A stretch of DNA of 33,603 nt from Candidatus Troglogloeales bacterium. Its GTDB lineage: Bacteria; Nitrospirota; Nitrospiria; SBBL01. The DNA lies in assembly GCA_005239745.1 (NCBI GenBank), contig SBBL01000018.1, positions 1 to 33,603 on the forward strand, in the 5' to 3' direction. The first letter of the stretch is position 1, and each line of letters opens with the position of its first letter. The notes below the pieces were generated by a model, which worked only from the letters and a program-made list of their open reading frames with translations, searched no databases and was not told where the DNA came from. Positions 16,874 to 24,434 of the stretch are shown here, in pieces. The position numbers and the translations under genes were made by a program.

Positions 16874-17059
16874 GGGCACCTCTAAAAACCTACTGCGCAG
16901 CCCAATTGCTGCCCACCCCAAAACATTCAAACATTGTTTGGGGGGGGGGCGGTGCGTTGCGTGGTGCTTAAGAATCCGCATGTATACTGCATACATTGCG
17001 GTTCCTGCGCGCAGTAGCCCTTGCACTTGGGCCGCTCGCTACGGTTTTTAGAGGCGCCC
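16874..17059. repeat. MITE/REP-like palindromic element, copy 3 (186 bp, inverted orientation, expanded core)
   Basis: Terminal repeats GGGCACCTCTAAAAACC ... GGTTTTTAGAGGCGCCC (one mismatch). The reverse complement aligns with copy 2 through ...GGGCTACTGCGCxCAGGAACCG.... The core is replaced by a different palindrome (CGCATGTATACTGCATACATTGCG) and contains a G10 homopolymer at 16940-16949. Confidence 0.8.
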
Positions 17060-17269
17060 TTGACATAGATTGCCTCCGTCTCTGTCTTAAGAAAACTACC
17101 GTCGGTGTACACAGCAGGCCAGGGCCTTTGCCTTCCCGCAAGCGGGTATGCTACGCTACCCCGCTTCTAAGGTTGTCATTCCGGCATGCTTTTTGCCGAT
17201 ATGGCGCCTGTGTGGTGGGCGTCAATACTGAATCGTACGTATTAACCTATCTTAGAAGAAGGAGATGTT

Positions 17270-17500
17270 ATGTCGGAGCACCTTGATACCTTAGAGATGC
17301 GTGTGCAGGCGATGATTAGCCTTGTTGGGCGCCTGAGGCAGGAGAAGGCCGAGCTTTTTGAAATTGTTCGTCGGATGGAGGTGGAGTTGCTTCAGTATCA
17401 AAAGGAGCGTGATGCGATCCGGACGCGCCTCGGGAAAATTGTTGACACGCTTGAGACAATAGGTGACTGCACCGAACAGGAGCCGATACTTGCAAAGTAG
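17270..17500 (+). CDS. ZapB-like coiled-coil cell-division protein (hypothetical)
   Basis: 76 aa, predicted all coiled-coil (LDTLEMRVQAMISLVGRLRQEKAELFEIVRRMEVELLQYQKERDAIRTRL). GGAGA RBS. Sits immediately upstream of zapA. Confidence 0.5.
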   Translation: MSEHLDTLEMRVQAMISLVGRLRQEKAELFEIVRRMEVELLQYQKERDAIRTRLGKIVDTLETIGDCTEQEPILAK

Positions 17501-17807
17501 CCACCGAGTTGAAATCTGCGGGCAGCAATATACCCTGCGTGGAGAGGCCGACTCTGCCTATATACAGGGACTTGCGGCCTTCGTTGAACAGAAGGTCAAG
17601 GAGGTCTCTTCTCTTCCCGGTGAACATTCATTCAAAACTGCTATCCTGGCCGCGATCAATATTACAGACGAGCTCTTCCAGTTGAGACGGCAGCAGAAGC
17701 AATCGAAAGATAGTATTGATCGCCGTACCCGGGATATCATCGAGCAAATTGAAGAGCAGTTTGAGACGGAGGCGGGAATGAGTTTGGGCGGCGTAGCTCA
17801 GGGGTAG
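17490..17807 (+). CDS. zapA: cell division protein ZapA
   Basis: ZapA-like N-terminus (VEICGQQYTLRGEADSAYIQGLAAFVEQKVKEV) and a coiled-coil C-terminus. Start chosen at TTG 17490 with an AGGAG RBS 7 nt upstream; the ORF track uses GTG 17463. The frame has no stop until 17805-17807, which lies inside the tRNA. Confidence 0.6.
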   Translation: MQSSHRVEICGQQYTLRGEADSAYIQGLAAFVEQKVKEVSSLPGEHSFKTAILAAINITDELFQLRRQQKQSKDSIDRRTRDIIEQIEEQFETEAGMSLGGVAQG

Positions 17808-17858
17808 AGCAGGTGAATCATAATCACTCGGCCGGGGGTTCAAATCCCTCCGCCGCTA
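17787..17858 (+). tRNA. tRNA with CAU anticodon (tRNA-Met elongator or tRNA-Ile2/lysidine type; not initiator)
   Basis: Cloverleaf fits: acceptor GGCGGCG/CGCCGCU (G1-U72), D-arm GCTC-AGGGGTA-GAGC, anticodon arm GGTGA-AUCAUAA-TCACT (anticodon CAT), variable loop CGGCC, T-arm GGGGG-TTCAAAT-CCCTC, discriminator A. It lacks the three G-C pairs at the base of the anticodon stem that initiator tRNAs carry. Confidence 0.8.
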
Positions 17859-17912
17859 CACATCATAGAAGATGGTCAGGCTCCCTATCGTCCAAGTGAG
17901 CCGCCATCGCAA

Positions 17913-17944
17913 GTCAGGGACGCCCCTGACATTTTGTTTGTGTT
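17913..17944 (+). terminator. intrinsic terminator downstream of the tRNA
   Basis: Perfect 7-bp GC-rich stem GTCAGGG-ACGC-CCCTGAC followed by ATTTTGTTTGTGTT. Confidence 0.55.
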
Positions 17945-17952
17945 ATAACAAC

Positions 17953-17976
17953 GTGCGTGCGTGCGTGCGTGCGTGC
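17953..17976. repeat. tetranucleotide microsatellite (GTGC)6
   Basis: Six perfect tandem GTGC units, 9 bp beyond the stop of the convergent FKBP gene. Confidence 0.9.
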
Positions 17977-17984
17977 TAACCCCC

Positions 17985-18488
17985 TTACTTAATGGAGAGC
18001 AGTTCAACATCAAAAAGCAGTGTAGCATTAGGCGGAATAATGGTACCGGCGCCTCTTGATCCGTATCCAAGGGTAGGTGGAATCGTGAGTTTGCGCTTGC
18101 CGCCCACTTTCATGCCGGACACCCCTTCATCCCAACCCGGGATGACTTGCCCAACGCCGATGGTAAATGTGAACGGCTCATTTCGATCTCGGGAGCTATC
18201 GAATTTCTTGCCATCGGTCAGCCAACCGGTGTAGTGCACCGTAACGCTTTTCCCCTTTTGGGGGCTTTCCCCCGTTCCGATAACCTCATCTACATATTGC
18301 AAACCGGATGCAGTGGTCTCCATCTTCTTATCTCCCGTTTTATCTCCCGCCTTTTCCATAGCTTTTGCCTTCTCTTTGTCTTTAGGTACTGCCTCTTTAG
18401 ACCCTGCATCCATTCCCATGACACCGCTACCGGCAACTAAGACCGCTGTAACCGCCAAAACCACTACACGTGCGCTCAATAACCGCAT
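17985..18488 (-). CDS. FKBP-type peptidyl-prolyl cis-trans isomerase (secreted)
   Basis: Signal-peptide-like N-terminus ([22 protein letters not shown]), a Lys/Glu-rich linker, and an FKBP domain ([18 protein letters not shown]...[11 protein letters not shown]). Confidence 0.85.
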   Translation of the reverse strand: MRLLSARVVVLAVTAVLVAGSGVMGMDAGSKEAVPKDKEKAKAMEKAGDKTGDKKMETTASGLQYVDEVIGTGESPQKGKSVTVHYTGWLTDGKKFDSSRDRNEPFTFTIGVGQVIPGWDEGVSGMKVGGKRKLTIPPTLGYGSRGAGTIIPPNATLLFDVELLSIK

Positions 18489-18563
18489 TGTCTCCTCCTT
18501 AGTTTAACCATGGATAAAAAGACCCTACCGGGCGGGTCCATACCCCAACTACTCCGCATCGCC

Positions 18564-21002
18564 TTAATTGGACGCCATCTGAAGGGGGACGGTCACGGAA
18601 AGACAGGTTCCCCGAAGAGGGGTAGAATCTAACCAAAACGTCCCTCCAACGCCTTCAACGGCTTCCCGAATCCAAAGCAGTCCCGTCCCCGCATGAATAT
18701 CTATAGGCCATATGGAAGACTGATGCATGGCAAATCCCTTTCCATCATCGGTAATAGAAAGGTTTACTCGACCTGGACCCGCTTGCTTCTGAAGAGTGAT
18801 AACAATTGACCGCGCTGTGGCATGCTGCGCAACATTGCGTAGGGCTTCATGTGCGATCTGATAGAGAAGGGCATCCAGCCCTCCCGGCAGTCGCTTGGGT
18901 ATGTTTTTCGGCGTAAATTGAACCTGTAGTCGTGCCTGCTTGCGATAAGCGTCCAGATAGCTTTGAAGCCTGCTAACAAGCTCCGCCGTCGGAGGCAATG
19001 CCGTCTGAAGTTCGGTCATGTGCGTCTCCATTTTCTTACGGATACGCGCCAGGTGCCCTTCTATAGACTCGATTTTGGTAGACTCTATCTTAGGCTGTAA
19101 GTCAACCAAAGCGGGCTTGTCTTGTGGTGCTTCCCCGGAAGAATTCCCCATAGACGGATTGGATGGGTCTGGTGGCGACGGTGGTACCGACTCTAAATGG
19201 GCCGGCTCTGTCGGTGGGGGGGCAGGTAGATTGGATAAGTCGCGCGAGATATCGTTATAGACGGTTTTTGTACGGCCGCGTAGCGTTTGTTCACGCCGGT
19301 TCAAGCCGGTTGCAAGAAGGCGCAACCGTTGGGTACGCTCCAATGTCAGTTTATTGCACAAGGCACGGTCAATGGCCACGACGGCTGTTTCAGCAAGCGT
19401 CACGATGCCTTCGATGTCTTCCTGTAAAAATTGTTTGAAGCAGCGGGTTTCATCTAAAACGAGTACTCCGACAACCCGATGGGGCATTACAAGCGGTACG
19501 GCAAGCAAAGATTGCGACTTGAATGCTTCTTTCCATGTTTTTCCAACACGGGGATCTTCCGGGGCGTTTTCAGAAACGATTGCCTGTCGCCGGGCCGCGG
19601 CGAGAGGCACCAGTGTCTGTTCCCACGGACGGAACTCCATCTTTCGAATAGCGTCAATTTGTGTATTAAGTGCCGCCGCACCGTAGAGAACCTTTCGATA
19701 GGGGTCTAAAAGAAAAATAGAACAGTGACTGACGTCAGCCACTTTCACAAAAGTCTGGACCAGCATACAAAGCAATGGCTCAAGGGAAGGTAAGGAGGCC
19801 ATCTCGTTGTTAATCCGCTGTCTTTGGTTAAGTGCAGCGATTTGGGTAGCCGCCAGTTGATGGTTTGCGGCTATCTCGATGGCCGTACCAATCCATACGG
19901 CGCTCTCAGTCAGCATGACCGCCGCCTCAGTCATCATGGTTGCGCTAAAGAGGGCAATGATCCAACGTTCTTTTGCAACGGGTAGCGTTGTCCCAACATA
20001 TGTGCGCCATCCCTCTCCGCCAACGAACAACGGATCAAGCGGGCTGTTGCCATCACCTATCAGCGTCAGCGGCTCACCTTTCTGAATTTTACCCAAAACA
20101 CTACCATCGGGACGTATCCCTTGCCTCTCAAAGCGCTCCAGAGAGGGCGTTGAGAGACCTTGATGAGCAACGGCAAAAAAGCGTTGCCGTTGCTCATCAA
20201 ACTTTGCGATATAGCCACCGTCGGCCCCTATGATGGAAACAACCTGATCAATCGCCTTTTTACAGAGCATCTGCTCTGAGGCCATCGCGTGAAGGTTTGA
20301 TAACAGAGTGTCCGCCAGTCCCTGCGAAATGCCTATCATTTTTGGATCGGCAGATATGGCGTCGGTAACACCCTTTGGCGGTTTCACGCGCGTACGGTCG
20401 GACAAACGAGAGAGGAGGAGACCGAGTATCTTAGAAATAGCAATGAACGTCGCCTGATCCTCTACTGTGAGGGCATCCGGCGCTTTGAAGGCCAGCGAGA
20501 GAGTTCCAACGGTCTTGCGGTCTATTTCCAGGACGGTCCCCGCGTAGGTTTCAATCTGAAGGCGACGAATCAGTTGTTCAGAAAAACGGGGATCTTTGGA
20601 GAGGTTGCTGGAAAAAATGCAGGACCCATGTATTTTCACAATACCCGCAAGCGACTGGAAGCGCTGCAAAACGGGCGTGCCCCGCCTGAAGCCTCCAGGT
20701 ATTCCAAATTGGGCAATCAGGGACCATTCTAACTGGGACTCCTCCCATCCAAAGAGTAGTCCAAAATCGGCTCCCATGATCTGTACGGCGGATTTAAAGA
20801 GACGGCGCAACGATTCCGTTGTATTGCCTGCCGCCTCTACTGCAAACGCCATATCCAAAAAGGTTGCAACCTTACCCCCGTTGGGAGCAGCGTTTACTGA
20901 AGGCGTTGGTGACTCGGCGAACGCCTCCGCGTTTGACGGTGACTCACCCCCCGATCCTTTATTAAACAAAAACCCTCTATTAAACAAAAACCCTCCCATC
21001 AT
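18564..21002 (-). CDS. multi-GAF-domain sensor histidine kinase (HisKA_3/NarX-DegS type)
   Basis: About 810 aa with three GAF-like segments. The C-terminal HATPase_c carries an N-box EALRNVAQHA, a D/G-box ITDDGKGF and a G-box GTGLLWIREAVEGVGG; an H-box sits in the preceding helical region. A low-complexity N-terminal 40 aa make the start uncertain; the ORF track GTG at 21005 is followed by two ATGs. Confidence 0.8.
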   Translation of the reverse strand: MMGGFLFNRGFLFNKGSGGESPSNAEAFAESPTPSVNAAPNGGKVATFLDMAFAVEAAGNTTESLRRLFKSAVQIMGADFGLLFGWEESQLEWSLIAQFGIPGGFRRGTPVLQRFQSLAGIVKIHGSCIFSSNLSKDPRFSEQLIRRLQIETYAGTVLEIDRKTVGTLSLAFKAPDALTVEDQATFIAISKILGLLLSRLSDRTRVKPPKGVTDAISADPKMIGISQGLADTLLSNLHAMASEQMLCKKAIDQVVSIIGADGGYIAKFDEQRQRFFAVAHQGLSTPSLERFERQGIRPDGSVLGKIQKGEPLTLIGDGNSPLDPLFVGGEGWRTYVGTTLPVAKERWIIALFSATMMTEAAVMLTESAVWIGTAIEIAANHQLAATQIAALNQRQRINNEMASLPSLEPLLCMLVQTFVKVADVSHCSIFLLDPYRKVLYGAAALNTQIDAIRKMEFRPWEQTLVPLAAARRQAIVSENAPEDPRVGKTWKEAFKSQSLLAVPLVMPHRVVGVLVLDETRCFKQFLQEDIEGIVTLAETAVVAIDRALCNKLTLERTQRLRLLATGLNRREQTLRGRTKTVYNDISRDLSNLPAPPPTEPAHLESVPPSPPDPSNPSMGNSSGEAPQDKPALVDLQPKIESTKIESIEGHLARIRKKMETHMTELQTALPPTAELVSRLQSYLDAYRKQARLQVQFTPKNIPKRLPGGLDALLYQIAHEALRNVAQHATARSIVITLQKQAGPGRVNLSITDDGKGFAMHQSSIWPIDIHAGTGLLWIREAVEGVGGTFWLDSTPLRGTCLSVTVPLQMASN

Positions 21003-21021
21003 CACAACCTAGCCTATCACA

Positions 21022-21306
21022 CTACCATATTACAACGGTGTCTGCCATTCGAATAGCATCAAGCATTTTGGGATATCCAATCAACCCCTCAATGTCTTCC
21101 CCTATCCCTCTATCTTCTTTAAGGATAAAAACCGTCAGTCCTTGCCCTTTTAGGCGGTTGATAGTGCTGGAAGAAACCCTTGCGGCCTCTTGGATTAGCA
21201 GGAGTGTTACTTGTGTGGTTGGAGTCTTGGTTTGTTGAAACAAAATCTCTTCCGTATTGGCTAGATCGTTGCATTGCCTAATGATATACAAAATATGCCG
21301 GTTCAT
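21022..21306 (-). CDS. DsrH/TusB-like small sulfur-relay family protein
   Basis: 94 aa. The C-terminal pattern ...LIGYPKMLDAIRMADTVVIW resembles TusB/DsrH tails (...IDYTDFVRLTVKHPSQMAW). Called from remembered family patterns only. Confidence 0.5.
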   Translation of the reverse strand: MNRHILYIIRQCNDLANTEEILFQQTKTPTTQVTLLLIQEAARVSSSTINRLKGQGLTVFILKEDRGIGEDIEGLIGYPKMLDAIRMADTVVIW

Positions 21307-21312
21307 GGATTG

Positions 21313-21651
21313 TCACATAACAATGGTTGCGTCAGCCGTGGCGAGAAGCGTGGCTATCTCGTGTGTCAAAAGGGGGCTGATGGGATACCGGCTTTCCTTG
21401 CAGTGGGTCAGGGCAGTGGACTCCAGATAAAAACAGGGAACGAAGGCCGTGAGCCCGTCTAAAAACCCCGTCGCCATTTCTCCATCCATGCAGGCTTCGG
21501 CGTCAGACGTTAAAAGCCTGGCAGATGACCCTACGAAAAGGAGAGAGACTTGTTGTTCGCAAGCGGCAATGCCGAGCGCAATCCGAACGGCTTCGCAGGC
21601 ACGTGCAGATATTCTCGGATCGCTGCGAATAATAACAACCGTGTGTTTCAT
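21313..21651 (-). CDS. DsrE/DsrF (TusD/TusC)-like family protein
   Basis: 112 aa. N-terminal MKHTVVIIRSDP...ALRIALGIAA pattern typical of the DsrE/DsrF fold. Separated from the DsrH-like gene by 6 nt. Confidence 0.5.
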   Translation of the reverse strand: MKHTVVIIRSDPRISARACEAVRIALGIAACEQQVSLLFVGSSARLLTSDAEACMDGEMATGFLDGLTAFVPCFYLESTALTHCKESRYPISPLLTHEIATLLATADATIVM

Positions 21652-21903
21652 GTGGGCTTAAACTAGCAGATTTACCGTGCTTAGCACCACTTTAGGATAT
21701 GCCATCGCTCATCCGCAAGCCCGTCCGGCTCTCTGACGTGGAGAAAAGGGACATTATCACTTTGGCGTGACACGGACAGGGCGTTGCGTGTCCCTTAAGG
21801 AAAGGCGTACACTGTGCGTCCATCGAAATGGTCCCACGATCTATCATGAAGGATGGACCTTGCGAAGCGGTAAGGGAGGATGCAATGAGCCCCGTGAGGA
21901 CAC

Positions 21904-22935
21904 ATGGTGATTAAAGAAGCCATTGCCAAAGTAGTGGAGCGGACTGACCTTTCAGAGCATGAGGCGGTGTCCGTTATGCGGGAGATCATGGAGGGAGCGG
22001 CAACGCCTGCCCAGATTGCTTCCTATATGACTGCCTTGAGAATGAAGGGCGAGACGATCGATGAAATTACCGGCTCAGCACGCGTGATGCGTGAGAAGGC
22101 GACGCGAATTCAGGTGGACGATCCTAACGTGGTAGATACCTGTGGTACGGGGGGGGACGGTGCGTGCACCTTCAACATTTCAACCACGGTTGCTTTTGTG
22201 GTAGCAGGGGCCGGGGTGACGGTCGCAAAGCATGGGAATCGTTCCGTCTCTAGCGCTTGCGGCAGTGCGGATGTCTTACAGGCGTTAGGGGTGGAAGTCA
22301 ATCTTGCACCACCCTTGGTGCAGGATTGTATTAATCGCATTGGCATCGGCTTTCTCTTTGCGCCACATTTTCATGCGGCCATGAAGTACGCGGCATCGCC
22401 CAGGCAGGAGGTGGGTATTCGCGGCATCTTCAACATGCTAGGGCCATTAACCAATCCCGCCGGGGCCAAGATACAACTTTTGGGTGTATTTTCTTCCCGC
22501 TTGCCAAAGGTGTTTGCCCATGTCCTACTAAATCTCGGATCGCAACGCTGTCTTGTCGTACACGGCGCAGATGGACTAGACGAGCTCACCATTACGGGTA
22601 AAAGCTCTGTGGCGGAAGGAAGGAAATGGGGAGAAGAAAAGGAGATCACCCCTTATACCCTACAGCCACAGGACTTTGGATGTCCCGTCGCACTCCTATC
22701 GGCGTTGCAAGGCGGTGATGCTACCAAGAACGCAGATATCCTAATCTCTATCTTGAACGGGGAACGCGGCCCGCGACGCGATGTCGTGCTGGTAAACGCC
22801 GCCGCGGCACTGTTTGTGGCAGGTCGCGCCCAGACCCTACAAGAAGGCGTTGCGCTTTCCGCAGAGTCCATTGATTCCGGCCGAGCTAAAGAAAAACTCG
22901 ACCGCCTGAGAGAGACATCCTGCGCGATAGCGTAA
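21904..22935 (+). CDS. trpD: anthranilate phosphoribosyltransferase
   Basis: 343 aa. Glycine-rich PRPP-binding motif [18 protein letters not shown] and overall TrpD pattern. Confidence 0.9.
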   Translation: MVIKEAIAKVVERTDLSEHEAVSVMREIMEGAATPAQIASYMTALRMKGETIDEITGSARVMREKATRIQVDDPNVVDTCGTGGDGACTFNISTTVAFVVAGAGVTVAKHGNRSVSSACGSADVLQALGVEVNLAPPLVQDCINRIGIGFLFAPHFHAAMKYAASPRQEVGIRGIFNMLGPLTNPAGAKIQLLGVFSSRLPKVFAHVLLNLGSQRCLVVHGADGLDELTITGKSSVAEGRKWGEEKEITPYTLQPQDFGCPVALLSALQGGDATKNADILISILNGERGPRRDVVLVNAAAALFVAGRAQTLQEGVALSAESIDSGRAKEKLDRLRETSCAIA

Positions 22936-23027
22936 CAATAACACCATGGGGTTAATATGCTATGGCTTAACCTTACATTTTATCGTAAGCGTTGCGAAAC
23001 GCGGAAACGACCTGTTAGACTTCCGCG

Positions 23028-24434
23028 ATGTCCTCCCCTAAACACATTCATTTAATTGCCGTTTGTGGCACAGGCATGTCGGCGCTGGCCGGCCTGCTAA
23101 AGCAACAAGGTCACGCTCTCACGGGCTCCGACGCACGCATCTTTCCCCCCATTAGTACGTTGCTTAAACGTATTGGGATTGCTTGCCAGAACGGCTACGA
23201 CGCCTCGCATATTCCGCCCGATACCGACATTGTCATTGTGGGCAATGCCGTGAGATCTGATAACCCGGAGGTAGTGGCAGCCCGTGAACGCAATCTCCCG
23301 TATTTTTCCATGCCGCAGGCGCTTGCCACCTTTTTTCTGAAGGGAAAGCGCTCACTGGTAGTGGCCGGAACCCACGGGAAGACGACCACCTCTTCACTGC
23401 TGGCATCGGTACTCACCTCCGCGGGTCGTGATCCCGGGATGATGGTCGGGGGATGGGTAAAGGATTTTGACGGGAACCATCGCCTGGGGAGGGGAGAAGC
23501 GTTTGTCGTTGAAGGAGACGAATACGATACGGCTTTTTTCGATAAAGGGCCGAAATTCCTTCATTACCGGCCGGATTGTGCCATTGTCACCAGTATTGAA
23601 CATGACCATGCCGATATCTATCCGACATTTTTCTCTCTGAAAGAAGCCTTTCGGGCCTTCATTCAAAAAATCCCCCAAAATGGCTTGCTTGTCGCCGCAG
23701 CAGGTGACTTAAGCCTCACCGAAGCCACGCAAGAGGCTTGCTGTCGCGTGGAGTCGTATAGCCTCACCCACCCGGCCGACTGGCAGGCAACGGATATACG
23801 CGATACGGAGGGGGTTACTTCTTTTAGCGTGCAGTATCGTGGCCGGGCGTTTGGCCGGATGCAAACCTGCCTAATGGGTCTACACAATGTGAAAAATGCC
23901 CTTGCCGTGACCGCCCTATCGGCAGCGCAGGGACTGTCGTATATGGAAATTCAAACCGGTCTCGCCAAGTTTCAAGGGGTCAAACGGCGACAGGAAGTTA
24001 TCTCTAGCAAGAAAGATATCCTGGTCATAGACGACTTTGCCCATCATCCGACCGCTATTTTGGCAACATTGAATGCACTGCGATATCGGTACTCGAAGCG
24101 TCGGCTCTTTGCCGTCTTTGAACCGCGGTCTGCCTCTAGCCGGAGAAACATTTTTCAGGATGCCTTTACGGAGGCGTTCGGCGCTGCCGATGTGGCCGTT
24201 CTTGCCGAGGTCTTTTCTCCGGAGTCGGTACCCGTGGAGAATCGCCTCAATCCCCAAAGGATCGTGGCAAACCTTACGGCGCTTGGGAAAAGGGCCTTTT
24301 ATGGCCAGTCCGCCGAGAAGATTGTGGAAATACTCATGGAGCATCTACAACCGGGAGATATGGTCTGTATCATGTCAAGCGGAGATTTTGGCGGTATCTA
24401 TGAAAAATTGACTACGGCCATCAACGATGGATAG
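23028..24434 (+). CDS. mpl: UDP-N-acetylmuramate:L-alanyl-gamma-D-glutamyl-meso-diaminopimelate ligase (murein peptide ligase)
   Basis: 468 aa Mur-ligase protein. N-terminal IHLIAVCGTGMSALAGLL and P-loop GTHGKTTTSS; Mpl/MurC-like domain order. Confidence 0.8.
   Translation: MSSPKHIHLIAVCGTGMSALAGLLKQQGHALTGSDARIFPPISTLLKRIGIACQNGYDASHIPPDTDIVIVGNAVRSDNPEVVAARERNLPYFSMPQALATFFLKGKRSLVVAGTHGKTTTSSLLASVLTSAGRDPGMMVGGWVKDFDGNHRLGRGEAFVVEGDEYDTAFFDKGPKFLHYRPDCAIVTSIEHDHADIYPTFFSLKEAFRAFIQKIPQNGLLVAAAGDLSLTEATQEACCRVESYSLTHPADWQATDIRDTEGVTSFSVQYRGRAFGRMQTCLMGLHNVKNALAVTALSAAQGLSYMEIQTGLAKFQGVKRRQEVISSKKDILVIDDFAHHPTAILATLNALRYRYSKRRLFAVFEPRSASSRRNIFQDAFTEAFGAADVAVLAEVFSPESVPVENRLNPQRIVANLTALGKRAFYGQSAEKIVEILMEHLQPGDMVCIMSSGDFGGIYEKLTTAINDG

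Noticed and set aside
21455-21476. Partial match to the element terminus (CGTCTAAAAACCCCGTCGCC) inside the DsrE-like gene
   Set aside because: Only a 10-mer plus a 6-mer match, with no inverted partner nearby. Most likely chance rather than a fourth degraded copy.
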